The translations under genes and the position numbers were made by a program. Below, piece by piece: positions 9,868 through 19,121 of a DNA stretch of 64,000 bases. The stretch lies in the NCBI GenBank assembly GCA_963845085.1, contig CAWJQI010000004.1:288001-352000 (forward strand), read 5' to 3'. How positions within the stretch are numbered: position 1 is the stretch's first letter; each line of letters begins with the position of its first letter. This DNA comes from Candidatus Fermentibacterota bacterium. Its GTDB lineage: Bacteria > Fermentibacterota > Fermentibacteria > Fermentibacterales > JCC-6. A model generated the notes under the pieces. That model was not told where the DNA came from, ran no database searches, and was given only the letters and a program-made list of their open reading frames with translations.

Positions 9868-10802
9868 AGCATGAACAGCCTTCCCATCCCGGGGCTTGTC
9901 ACCACCGCACGGGTGGAGTTGTCGTTCACGGCCATGTCGGCCGGAGCGCCGTAGGTTGAGGCCTGAGCCTCGATGGTGTTGTCAAGCGAGTTCACAACGA
10001 CTATCCCGTAACCCGGCACCGAGGCGTAGATGTAGTTGCCGTCGCCGGTCGTGCACACCGCCTCCCCTGCGGCGGGAATGTCGAAACCCCCGGAATGAAG
10101 GCCGGTGTTCACGTCGACCGCCCACACCTGTGATACGCCCTCGACTGTCATGAACATCTCCTGACCCGGGCCGGCGCATATGTCGGTGACGGTTCCGGGC
10201 GCCTGGAACATCGATTCGGCGGAAAGATCGACCATGGAAACCCTGTACACATTGCCCTGGGCATCGGCTGCGAAGAAGTAACGGCCGTCGGAGCACACTG
10301 CGGCGGCTGTCGGCCCCTGCACTCCGGTCTGCCCCTCGATGGTGATCTGCCAGTCGAGCGTGCTTACCTCGACCGCCGTACCATTGCTGCAGAGCACTGC
10401 GATCGTGCCCGATTCGGGCTTTGGAAGGATGAAGGCGCCTCCGGACGGAAGTGCTACCGAAGGCCGCTGTATGTACGTTTCGTTGCTCACGACATGAAGT
10501 TCCGGGCCGGACAGCGCAAGGCCGTACCCGCCGTCGGGACTCGATGCCGCATGGCCAATGGTCACCCCGAGATCGACCTCGGCCTTCACATACCCGGCCT
10601 CGCGGTCGATGAAGAGGAGCTTCTCGCCGGCCGCCGCAAGGGCGTCGCCCTGTTGGCCGAGAAAGCAGCAACTCCCGACCGACTCGCCAGTTTCCACGTC
10701 CATCAGATAGTTGAGCGGGAAATCGATTGTGAAGGAGGGTGACGAAGTGCCGCAACCAAGCCCCATTGCAAGAGCGGCAAGTGCAAACGAAAGCCTTTTC
10801 AT
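9858..10802 (-). CDS. YncE/YVTN-like beta-propeller lipoprotein
   Basis: MKRLSFALAALAMGLGC lipobox; repeated SPDG/CSDG/TGDG blades; ATGA overlap with the DUF72 stop. Confidence 0.7.
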   Translation of the reverse strand: MKRLSFALAALAMGLGCGTSSPSFTIDFPLNYLMDVETGESVGSCCFLGQQGDALAAAGEKLLFIDREAGYVKAEVDLGVTIGHAASSPDGGYGLALSGPELHVVSNETYIQRPSVALPSGGAFILPKPESGTIAVLCSNGTAVEVSTLDWQITIEGQTGVQGPTAAAVCSDGRYFFAADAQGNVYRVSMVDLSAESMFQAPGTVTDICAGPGQEMFMTVEGVSQVWAVDVNTGLHSGGFDIPAAGEAVCTTGDGNYIYASVPGYGIVVVNSLDNTIEAQASTYGAPADMAVNDNSTRAVVTSPGMGRLFMLQR

Positions 10803-11605
10803 GACTGCTCCTCGAGTATTCTTCCCATGGCCGCGGCATCGAGCGCGGCGCGGCCCATGTGACAGTTGTTGAAGAAAACATAAGCGCCCCCGCTGCTTCG
10901 GGCCATCGCCCCTGCTCTCCCCGCCCATTCGCGGAGTTCAAAGGGGGTGTAGCCGTAGTCGTACCGCTTCGCTCCGCCGCCCCACCAGTCCGCCTTGTTG
11001 CGCCCGTGCAGTCTGGCGTATTCGAAGCCTCCCGTCACGGGAAGGTCGGGCCCCGGAAGCCCCGGAAGGGCCGGAAGATCGACCGCCACGGGTGAGAAGC
11101 CGGCCTCGACGACCTGTTCCAGCACATCGCGCGAGTACCAGCGTTCGTGTCTGAACTCGGCGGCGGCTGGAAGATCGCCGAGTTTTTCCCTCATTATCGA
11201 AAGCATCGCGAAGCTTTCCCGGGAAAGAGGCAGCGACCACGGAAACTGGGCAAGCACCGGCCCGAGGCAGCCCGCTTCGCGGAGCGGCCCGAGCATTGCG
11301 TGGAACGCCTTCCAATCGGCGTCGCCGGCGTTCCTTTCGTGCGTCATCCCGGAATGGAGTTTCACGCAGAAGATGAACCCCGGCGGCACGGCGCCGACCA
11401 TCCCGGCCGTGGACGAGGGGGGGAGGATGCGGTAATAGCTTGCGTTTATCTCGAGCGAGTTGAAGCGCGAGGCGTAGAAGGCGAGCTGGTTCTTCTTCGG
11501 CAGCCCTGCGGGATAGAACACCCCGGCCCAGTCCGGGAAGGAGAAGCCCGAGGTTCCAAGCCTGACCCCGGACGGGTTCACGGCGCTCCGGCTGAAAAGG
11601 TCCAT
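10799..11605 (-). CDS. DUF72 (YecE-like) protein
   Basis: GTSGFSFPDWAGVFYP, EINASYY, QFP, EFRH, RLHGRN and FFNN motifs. Confidence 0.93.
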   Translation of the reverse strand: MDLFSRSAVNPSGVRLGTSGFSFPDWAGVFYPAGLPKKNQLAFYASRFNSLEINASYYRILPPSSTAGMVGAVPPGFIFCVKLHSGMTHERNAGDADWKAFHAMLGPLREAGCLGPVLAQFPWSLPLSRESFAMLSIMREKLGDLPAAAEFRHERWYSRDVLEQVVEAGFSPVAVDLPALPGLPGPDLPVTGGFEYARLHGRNKADWWGGGAKRYDYGYTPFELREWAGRAGAMARSSGGAYVFFNNCHMGRAALDAAAMGRILEEQS

Positions 11606-11617
11606 CGAATGCCCCCT

Positions 11618-12775
11618 CTACAGTGGTGAATATAGGGCCCTTGCACTTGATATGACCCTTTCGCCGTACATGCCCCGCACCTGGTCGGCGGCGCGGTTCA
11701 ACGCTTCGGTGCCTTCGGGGAAAAGGCTGAGCTGGGCCTGGCCCGAAGGTTCAAGGTCGGATATGGAAACACCGATAAGGCGGATCGGGGTTTTCACCGC
11801 TGCAAGCGCCATGTCCATCGCCACGCGGAAAAGTGTCTGGTCCTGGTCGCTTGGAGCGGAGAGGGGTCTTCTCACGGAGAGGCGCTTCAGGTTTCGAAGG
11901 CGGTACTTCAGGGTGAGGGTGCGCCCTCGGAAGCCGGAATCGCGCGCGCGCCTGGCCGTTTTCTGGCAGACCCTGGAAAGGGCCGGAAGGTACTCGGAAG
12001 GGGTGAGCACGTCTCGCGAGAACGTGTGCTCGTGCCCTATGGACTTCGGGGGCTCGCTTTGGCCGAAGGGCTGCACCGGCCTGTCATCGTGGCCGCGGGC
12101 CTGCAGGTAAAGCTCTTCGCCGTGGATTCCCAGAACGGCCCGAAGCTGCCCCCGGGAAAGGTTTCTCAGCTTCCCGATCGTGTCAACACCGAGCGAGCAG
12201 AGCTTGACCGAGGTTTCCGGGCCGACGCCCCATATGGCCGAGACTGAAAGCGGCGGCATGCCGTCCGGCTCGAGGAGGGCGACGCCCCTGGGTTTGGCCA
12301 GTTTGGAAGCCATCTTGGCGAGAAGCCTGTTGGGGCCGCATCCCACGCTGGCCCAAAGCCCCACCTCGCGGTAGACTGCCTCCTGTACGGCCCCGCCCTT
12401 CAACTTTATGCCGCCCGGAAGCGCCGTAACATCCATGAAGGCTTCGTCGATGCTGGCGGCATGCACAAGCGGTGTGAACCTGAGAAGCACCCTGAGAATT
12501 CTCTCGGTGTACGTCTGGTAGCGCCCGAAACTTCCCTGGAGCACCGCTGCGCCCGGAGCGAGACGAAGGGCCCTTGCCATGGGCATTCCGGCATGAACCC
12601 CGAGGGCCCGGGCCTCGTAGGTGCAGGAGGTGACCACGGAGCGGAAGCCGGGGTCGCCCCCGACTATCACGGGCCTGCCCTTCAGCTCCTCGCGGCCCAG
12701 CAGCTCGATGGAGGCGAAGTAGGCGTCCATGTCGACATGAAGGATGTGCCTCTCAGGCGCCGGGCGAGTAGGCAT
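11618..12775 (-). CDS. dinB: DNA polymerase IV (Y-family)
   Basis: HVDMDAYFAS, SIDEAF, LAKMAS..KP.G, KSIGHEHTF; C-terminal clamp-binding motif QLSLF. Confidence 0.93.
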   Translation of the reverse strand: MPTRPAPERHILHVDMDAYFASIELLGREELKGRPVIVGGDPGFRSVVTSCTYEARALGVHAGMPMARALRLAPGAAVLQGSFGRYQTYTERILRVLLRFTPLVHAASIDEAFMDVTALPGGIKLKGGAVQEAVYREVGLWASVGCGPNRLLAKMASKLAKPRGVALLEPDGMPPLSVSAIWGVGPETSVKLCSLGVDTIGKLRNLSRGQLRAVLGIHGEELYLQARGHDDRPVQPFGQSEPPKSIGHEHTFSRDVLTPSEYLPALSRVCQKTARRARDSGFRGRTLTLKYRLRNLKRLSVRRPLSAPSDQDQTLFRVAMDMALAAVKTPIRLIGVSISDLEPSGQAQLSLFPEGTEALNRAADQVRGMYGERVISSARALYSPL

Positions 12776-13016
12776 AGTCAACCGTCCAGCCCAGGGTGTG
12801 GGTGTTGAAACTGATCTCGTACACGTCCCCGGCGGATGTGCGCACCACGAAATGGTAGTTCATTATTCCGCCCCGGCGGCTTTCCCAGGAGGATGAAACC
12901 CTTGCAACCCTGTATACCTGCCCCTTCCACCGGAAGCGGCATGGAACGACCCTTCCGCTCTGGAAGTGGCCTATCATCTCTATGGGTTCGCCAAGTTCCT
13001 GCACCGCCTTCACCAT
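12753..13016 (-). CDS. DUF6504-like small protein
   Basis: P.RFRWKGQVYRV.RV.S.W...R...YHF.V.T..G.VYEI pattern; 87 aa; directly upstream of dinB. Confidence 0.75.
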   Translation of the reverse strand: MVKAVQELGEPIEMIGHFQSGRVVPCRFRWKGQVYRVARVSSSWESRRGGIMNYHFVVRTSAGDVYEISFNTHTLGWTVDYAYSPGA

Positions 13017-13028
13017 CCTTCCGACCGA

Positions 13029-13057
13029 AGAATGGTGAACTTATGTTTACATGTCAA
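13029..13057 (-). promoter_or_regulatory. Sigma70 promoter with candidate LexA (SOS) operator
   Basis: TTGACA(13057-13052)-N17-CATTCT. The spacer contains the palindrome GTAAAC-ATAA-GTTCAC (13050-13035). Confidence 0.65.
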
Positions 13058-13322
13058 GCTCCCGGGCGGGAAGAATTCCTGCGGGTCAAAACGATGAAAA
13101 CCCCGGAAGAAGCGGCAGAACGACTACCATGGCACACAGGGCTGCAGTGACGGCGCTGTCCCGGGGCATCGGTTTCCTTTCCGCTTCCCGGTGTGCACGG
13201 ATTTCATCAGTATGCATTGCAGGGAAATATGCAGCGGGTTGCGCTTTACGGCAGCTTTCGGCATTGCTTGCGCGGAGCCTGCTTTAATGCTCTTGAAGAG
13301 GGGGTCCGAAACCGCTCGGGCA

Positions 13323-14090
13323 TCAGACGGAACTGCCCCGCCTTCCTCCCAGTGCCCGGCGCAGCCGCACGATGTCCCTTACGGCCCTTGGAACCCTTTT
13401 TACGAGCGGAAGGGGCGTTGTTCTTATCTCCCTGAGGTGAATGGGGATCTCCCTTATCCTGATCCCCCTTCTCTGGGCTCTTATCACAAGCTCCGTCGGA
13501 AAAAGGTCCAGCTCGAAGGTGCACTCGGGCAGGACCGGTGTCATTGCGCTCCGGAACATCACTTTGGGCCCGTGTGTGTCGGTTCCCCTGTAACCGAGCA
13601 AAGCCCTGAGAAGGAAGGTCAGCGTGAGTGTGGCCGCCCTTCGAAGCAGGGGGCGCGCATCGCCCCTGCCCGCAAGCACCTTGGAGCCTTGGACAAGGTC
13701 CACACCGCCGCCCGAAAGAATTGAGAGCCCCCTGCCCCAGAAGTCCATGTCCAGAACATCAAGGTCATCAATGATTATCACATCACCGGTGGCTGCGGTC
13801 AGGCCGTGCTTCATGGCAAGGCCGTAGTTCGGCCTGGGAAGGGAGTCATGGCTGATGAGAGAGCCGAAGCGGGCCTCGATTTCTTTTAGGATGACCGTCG
13901 TGCGATCGGTGGAGCCGTTCTCCACGATAAATACCGAGAAGCCTGCGGGCAGGGCTTCGAGCACCGGCACGAGCTGTTCCTCAAGGATGCCCTCCTCGTT
14001 GAACACCGGGATGATTATCTGCACTGTGGCGCCGTTTGGGCGCAGCCGTTCAAGGTCCGGCATACCGGGGGCTGGCTGGGTCGTTTTCAT
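13323..14090 (-). CDS. Glycosyltransferase family 2 (polyprenol-phosphate sugar transferase-like)
   Basis: IIPVFNEE, VENGSTDRT, NYGLAMKHG, DDLD (DxD) and DTHGPK motifs. Confidence 0.88.
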   Translation of the reverse strand: MKTTQPAPGMPDLERLRPNGATVQIIIPVFNEEGILEEQLVPVLEALPAGFSVFIVENGSTDRTTVILKEIEARFGSLISHDSLPRPNYGLAMKHGLTAATGDVIIIDDLDVLDMDFWGRGLSILSGGGVDLVQGSKVLAGRGDARPLLRRAATLTLTFLLRALLGYRGTDTHGPKVMFRSAMTPVLPECTFELDLFPTELVIRAQRRGIRIREIPIHLREIRTTPLPLVKRVPRAVRDIVRLRRALGGRRGSSV

Positions 14091-14137
14091 AGAAAACTAA
14101 AATACACCCGGAAGGGGCTTTTTCAAAACGGAACGGC

Positions 14138-14863
14138 TCACTGCACGCACCGGTCCCTCTTGCCTTCCCGGGCGACAAGTCTCGCGATCAGAAGGCTCAT
14201 CTCGAACAGCAGGTACAGCGGAACCGCAAGGATGATCTGTGTCACCGGGTCGGGGGGGGTGAGAATGGCTGCGATTATGAGAACCCCCACGATGACATGC
14301 CTTCTGGCCTTGCCCAGTGTCTGCGGTGACACAATTCCAAGCTTCGTGAGGATCAGGATCGCCAGGGGGAGCTGAAAGGCAATGCCGAATACCATTATGA
14401 AATTGCCCAGGAAGCTGATGTAACCCGAAATGCTCCAGGTCCCCTCGATCACCCCGGTCTCGAAGCTTCGGAACAACAACAGCGTGGGTTCGAGCATGAC
14501 GAACCATCCGAAGGCAGCGCCGGCGGCGAAAAGGATCAGGCATGAGAGGACTGCGGTGAGAAAACCTCTTTTCTCGTTCCTGTAGAGCCCGGGGGCTATG
14601 AACGCCCAGATCTGGACAAAGGCCACGGGAACAGCTGCCAGAAGCCCGGCCACGAGGGAAACCTTGAGGCTGGCCGTAACCGCTTCCTCCGGTGACAACG
14701 CAAGCAGGGTTCCGCCCGCAGGCGCCGTTGCAATTCTCATGATGCGGCCGCTGAAGAAGAACGAGGCTCCCGTCGTGACAACCAGGGCAATCAGGATGAT
14801 GAACAGCCTTTTTCTGAGTTCCTCGAGGTGTTCCCAAAAGGAAACCTCCTGCTTCCCCTTCAC
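14138..14863 (-). CDS. tatC: Twin-arginine translocase subunit TatC
   Basis: HLEELRKRL, FIAPGLY..E, FGIAFQLP and AAILTPPDPVTQ motifs. Confidence 0.95.
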   Translation of the reverse strand: MKGKQEVSFWEHLEELRKRLFIILIALVVTTGASFFFSGRIMRIATAPAGGTLLALSPEEAVTASLKVSLVAGLLAAVPVAFVQIWAFIAPGLYRNEKRGFLTAVLSCLILFAAGAAFGWFVMLEPTLLLFRSFETGVIEGTWSISGYISFLGNFIMVFGIAFQLPLAILILTKLGIVSPQTLGKARRHVIVGVLIIAAILTPPDPVTQIILAVPLYLLFEMSLLIARLVAREGKRDRCVQ

Positions 14864-15870
14864 GCCCGGATCACCCCCAGGGCTTCTTCAAGCAGCTTTT
14901 CCTCGGTATCCCGGGGAACGGCAACGAGCTCGCAGTGTTCCCATCCCCTCGGTATGACCCAGGTTCTCCCGGAACCGCCTGTCTTTTTGTCCCTGTCAAT
15001 AAGGGGCAGCACCTGGCTGGCCGATACGGGCTTCGGCAGCCGCACAGGGAGCCCCAGGGAGGCGAGCTCGCGCTCGAGTTCGCGCGCAAAGCCTTCCCCA
15101 CCGCCGATTCTGGCTGCCGCGGGGATGCCGAGCGCCACCGCCTCACCATGGGAAATGTGCAGAAGCGCCTCAAGTGCGTGACCCAGGGTGTGACCCAGGT
15201 TCAGAAGCCTCCTGTCACCCCTCTCGTGAAGGTCCTGCTCTGCGATTCGGCCCTTCACGCGCAGGCACCCGAGGACGGCACCGGTGCAATCGCCGCTCCG
15301 GAGGGCATCGAGTATGCCCCTGTCACCGATCACTGCGGTCTTGAGAACTTCGGCCCGGCCGGAACGCAGTTCATGTTCGGGAAGGGTTCCAAGGAAACTG
15401 CCGCATATGGTGACGCGTTCCGCGGGATGGAACGTGCCGGCCTGGTTCTTGACGCCGTGAAGGTTCAGGGCCGTCTTCCCCCCAAGGCATGCATCGGCCA
15501 TGCAGAGCAGCGTTGTCGGGATCAGTTCGAGGCGCACCCCCCGAAGCCATGTTGAGGCTGCCATCGCGCCGAGATCGCAGAGAGAACCCCCGCCTGCAGC
15601 GCAGATCGTGCCTTCCCTGTTCACGCCGGCCCCGGCAAATGCCTTCCAGAGCTTTTCGAGGTTGCCCGGGGTCTTGCAGGCCTCGCCGCCCTCGACCACG
15701 ACCCTGGGAATGTTCCGGAGAAGCCTGCCCCCCCACAGGGAATCCACCATCGAGTCGATCACGAGCAGGTCGGCACGGGAAACGATCTCCTCGGGGCTCG
15801 CCGCAGTCGAAACGGCAGTGGTGAGCGTTTCAACGCGCCAGTTGAACGTCAGGGGTGCCAGAATATCCAT
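14860..15870 (-). CDS. aroB: 3-dehydroquinate synthase family protein
   Basis: GGGSLCDLG, PTTLL...D..LGGKT, KNQAGTFH, LNLGHTLGHALE and HGEAVALG motifs. Confidence 0.85.
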   Translation of the reverse strand: MDILAPLTFNWRVETLTTAVSTAASPEEIVSRADLLVIDSMVDSLWGGRLLRNIPRVVVEGGEACKTPGNLEKLWKAFAGAGVNREGTICAAGGGSLCDLGAMAASTWLRGVRLELIPTTLLCMADACLGGKTALNLHGVKNQAGTFHPAERVTICGSFLGTLPEHELRSGRAEVLKTAVIGDRGILDALRSGDCTGAVLGCLRVKGRIAEQDLHERGDRRLLNLGHTLGHALEALLHISHGEAVALGIPAAARIGGGEGFARELERELASLGLPVRLPKPVSASQVLPLIDRDKKTGGSGRTWVIPRGWEHCELVAVPRDTEEKLLEEALGVIRA

Positions 15871-17171
15871 ATGAAGAGCCCTCCGGCTGCTGTTGCCGCA
15901 AGTGTGAAGGGAAGCCCTATCTTCGTGAAATCCCAGAACGAGACCCTGTGTCCCTGCTTCCGAAGCATCGACACTGCAACGATGTTCGCACTCGCCCCCA
16001 CCGGGGAGATATTCCCCCCAAGGCAGCTTCCGATGAGAAGGCCGAACACCAGGTAGTAATGGCTTCCATCGGGGCCCGCCATGTTCATGGCAAGCGCCTT
16101 TGTGACCGGGATCATGGCTGTCACGAACGGCACGTTGTCAACGAAGGCGCTGATGATCATCGAGCCGGCAACTATCATCAGGTACGCCGTGAGCGGGCTC
16201 GAACCGGCGACCCCGGCGAGATAGGATCCGGTGGCCTGCATCACGCCGTACTCCTCGAGTGCGGCCACCATGAAGAAGATGCCTCCGAGCAGGAAAAGGG
16301 TGTCGAGGTCGAAGGCCTTCACAAGTTGCCAGGGGGTTCTCTCCATCGAGCCCGGGGACGGCCTTCTCTTCCGATGGAGCCCGTACCAGATGACCGATGC
16401 GGCTCCGCCGCCTGCGCACAGAATGCCTGCCGCAGTGCCCACCCCGCTCTCGTGAAAGCTCAGCAGCACGAGTCCCGCTATGACTGCCCCGAGGATGTAC
16501 ACCGGCGTCCAGCTGGCCACGGGCGTCACCCTGACCTGCGAGACAGCATCCCGGTTCCTTCCGATGTGCTTCCAGAGGATGGCGAACGATGCAAGCGCCC
16601 CTGCCTGGACCGCGAAGAATATGCCCGGCCTGCCGAACATGAAGAAGAAATCGTTGAAGCCCATGTTCTCGCTGGCGGCGAGGATCATGCTGGGAGGGTC
16701 GCCGACCAGGGTCGCGGTTCCCTGAAGGTTGCTCGATATCGCGATGCCCACGAGAAGCGGCACCGGGTTCGCCCCGTGTTTTCTGCAGACCTCGAAGGCG
16801 ATCGGGGCAACGATCATCACGGTGGCTACGTTTTCTACGAAGATGCTCAGAAAGCCCGAAAGGGCGCAGATCAAAAGGGCCGCCCAACCGTAGTTCCTGC
16901 TGCCGTTGATTATGCGGCTCGCGAGGTTCGCGGGAATGCCTACGTCTATCATTACTTCGGCGATGAACAGGATTCCCCCGAATATCAGAAGCACGTTCCA
17001 GTTGACGCCAGCCAGCAGCCCGGGCACGTCGATGAAGTACCCGAGGCCGCCCCCCGCAAACACTGCGAGGGCTGCGCCGATCCACACCACAACTCCGCGG
17101 TGCCTGTGGGCCATGGCGATGTAGATGTAGATGAGGCCGAAGACTATGGAGAACAGGGCTCCCAGGCTCAA
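15849..17171 (-). CDS. ArsB/NhaD/SLC13-family permease
   Basis: Multiple TM helices; SNLQGTATLVGDPPS, SAFVDNVP and GGNISPVGASAN motifs. TTG start inferred at 17171. Confidence 0.85.
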   Translation of the reverse strand: MSLGALFSIVFGLIYIYIAMAHRHRGVVVWIGAALAVFAGGGLGYFIDVPGLLAGVNWNVLLIFGGILFIAEVMIDVGIPANLASRIINGSRNYGWAALLICALSGFLSIFVENVATVMIVAPIAFEVCRKHGANPVPLLVGIAISSNLQGTATLVGDPPSMILAASENMGFNDFFFMFGRPGIFFAVQAGALASFAILWKHIGRNRDAVSQVRVTPVASWTPVYILGAVIAGLVLLSFHESGVGTAAGILCAGGGAASVIWYGLHRKRRPSPGSMERTPWQLVKAFDLDTLFLLGGIFFMVAALEEYGVMQATGSYLAGVAGSSPLTAYLMIVAGSMIISAFVDNVPFVTAMIPVTKALAMNMAGPDGSHYYLVFGLLIGSCLGGNISPVGASANIVAVSMLRKQGHRVSFWDFTKIGLPFTLAATAAGGLFIWIFWHP

Positions 17172-17172
17172 G

Positions 17173-17820
17173 TTACAGCCCCGGGGTGTAGCTCGTGAGG
17201 TACAGGGTGCTGTCCGGCGTGATCTTGGCCACCATTCCCACATCGGGCGCAAGCCAGATGTCTCGTACGGACATGATGGTGTCGGGATCGTAACCGGCTG
17301 TCTGAACCCAGTTTATGACCGTTTCTTCCTGGTGTACCCTGTAGCAGTTGTCCCACATGCCGTCAGGCGATTCCTCAGGTCCCGTAACAAGGGTGTTCCT
17401 TGTCCAGACGTGGCTGAGGGTGATGCCCTGGCTCACGGCCTGGGCTGAGGCCGAGTCCCTTCTCGTCATTCCGTCGGCAAGCGGCCATTCAAGGTAGGTC
17501 ACCCATGCCTGGTAGACCGGCACCTCGTAGCCGTTGAAAAGCACCCGCCGGTCCTCATAATGCTCGAGACGGCCCTTCTCGTTGATCCAGTAATCGTAGC
17601 CCGCACCGGACTGAAGCCTGTAGCAGGGTCTCTGACCCACTATCACCTGGTCGACCACTGAGACGATCCTGGTGCCGCCGCCCTCGACGGAGTACTCCCA
17701 GACGCTGCCGGTGATATCCACGGGGTAGTAGTCCGAACTGATACGGAAATACACGGGGTTGCTTTCGCATCCCGACGCCATGACGGCGAGGCACACCCCT
17801 GCAGCGATGATGCGTTTCAC
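17173..17820 (-). CDS. Hypothetical lipoprotein
   Basis: Lipobox ASGC; DYYP...G..W.Y near the N-terminus and W.APDVG.V near the C-terminus. Confidence 0.65.
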   Translation of the reverse strand: MKRIIAAGVCLAVMASGCESNPVYFRISSDYYPVDITGSVWEYSVEGGGTRIVSVVDQVIVGQRPCYRLQSGAGYDYWINEKGRLEHYEDRRVLFNGYEVPVYQAWVTYLEWPLADGMTRRDSASAQAVSQGITLSHVWTRNTLVTGPEESPDGMWDNCYRVHQEETVINWVQTAGYDPDTIMSVRDIWLAPDVGMVAKITPDSTLYLTSYTPGL

Positions 17821-18350
17821 AGTCCGACCTCCCTGGATACCGCGAGAACGAGCTTGAATGTGTCGCCTGATTTCTGCGAAGCCATGACGCTTTCAAGGTC
17901 GATGCCAAGCCCTGCGCGCCATGGATGGCCGAGGCTCATGTCCCATCTGATCCCGGCCCTCCAGAAGGGATCCCAGCTTGGAGTGTCGGCCCCGCCCCCT
18001 GATTCGAGGGATGTTCTGCACATGCCGAACGTGGCAACGATCCCGGGGTTGAAGGACGGGCTGCCCGGGTTCAGGTAGAAGGCTGTCCTCACTGCCGGCC
18101 TCAGCATGAACAGGGTTGCGTCGCCGCTGTGGCTGTGGGAGAAGGAGGATACGTCTACCGTGCCCCCGGCTCTGAGTTTGGAGGTAACCCTCCACTCCGC
18201 TCCAAGGCCGAGGTTGAAACCGGGGCCGAAGCTTTCGCCCCATCCACCCATGGCGAACCCGGTGCCGATTTCGGCCAGGAGATCCACGGTTCCCGCAGAG
18301 GCCGCCGCTGAGATCAGCAGGGCGGCAAGGATTGCCCTTTTCAAAAGCAC
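17817..18350 (-). CDS. Small outer-membrane beta-barrel protein
   Basis: Signal peptide and ~8 amphipathic strands; GGAGG RBS before the GTG start. Confidence 0.6.
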   Translation of the reverse strand: MLLKRAILAALLISAAASAGTVDLLAEIGTGFAMGGWGESFGPGFNLGLGAEWRVTSKLRAGGTVDVSSFSHSHSGDATLFMLRPAVRTAFYLNPGSPSFNPGIVATFGMCRTSLESGGGADTPSWDPFWRAGIRWDMSLGHPWRAGLGIDLESVMASQKSGDTFKLVLAVSREVGL

Positions 18351-18353
18351 CTC

Positions 18354-19121
18354 CTACACTACCTGTATCATTGGCAGGGCATGATGCCTGCTGCCCGCGA
18401 CCAGAGTAAACCTGTCCTCAGATACCCGGCTGGCGCTCGAGAGCGCGAGTTCGGGAGTGTTGTTCTCCTGGCTGAGGTGTGCCAGAACGCATACCTCAAG
18501 CCCGGTGTGGGCCAGTCTTCCGAGAAGTGCAGCCGCATCCTCGTTGCTCAGGTGCCCCAACCCCGAAGAGATCCTCTGTTTGAGGGGCCAGGGATAGGGT
18601 CCGTCCCAGAGCATTTCAAGATCGTGGTTGAATTCAAGCACCAGTCCGTTGCATCCCGAGAGCATCCGCAGAACGAGAGGCCCCGCTTCTCCCATGTCCG
18701 TCGCTATCCCCAGTCTTGCGCCTCCGGCTTCCACCACGAAACCCGACGGATCCGATGCATCGTGCGAGATGCGGAAGGATGTGACGGTAAAGGGACCGAC
18801 ATTCACGGTATCGCCGTTCTCGAACCTTTCCGCTCCGGCCGGCAGCTTCTGCCGGTTGAAGCCCGAGCTGAAAAAAGTGCCCTTCGTCGAGAAGAGAGGC
18901 ACATTCCACTTCCTGGCGAGAACCCCCGCCCCGCGGGAATGATCGCAGTGCTCGTGGCTGACGAACAACCCAAGGGGGGTCATCGCCCCGAAGCCGGCCT
19001 GTTGAAGCCTTTTCAGGTGTTCGCAGCCGCTGAGACCGGCGTCGAAGAAGATGCACCGTCCTTCATGCTCAACGATCAGCGCATTCCCGCTGGAGCCCGA
19101 TGAGAGAATACCCAGGTTCAT
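18354..19121 (-). CDS. MBL-fold metallo-hydrolase (YycJ/WalJ-like)
   Basis: SSGSSGNA, SHEHCDH, ATDMG, EFNHD..ML..GPYPW.LK.RI, GHLSN and HLSQENN motifs. Confidence 0.9.
   Translation of the reverse strand: MNLGILSSGSSGNALIVEHEGRCIFFDAGLSGCEHLKRLQQAGFGAMTPLGLFVSHEHCDHSRGAGVLARKWNVPLFSTKGTFFSSGFNRQKLPAGAERFENGDTVNVGPFTVTSFRISHDASDPSGFVVEAGGARLGIATDMGEAGPLVLRMLSGCNGLVLEFNHDLEMLWDGPYPWPLKQRISSGLGHLSNEDAAALLGRLAHTGLEVCVLAHLSQENNTPELALSSASRVSEDRFTLVAGSRHHALPMIQVV

Noticed and set aside
14860..15870. Sugar-phosphate cyclase secondary-metabolite cluster
   Set aside because: The motifs fit ordinary DHQ synthase, and the neighbours (tatC, permease, GT2) include no tailoring enzymes.
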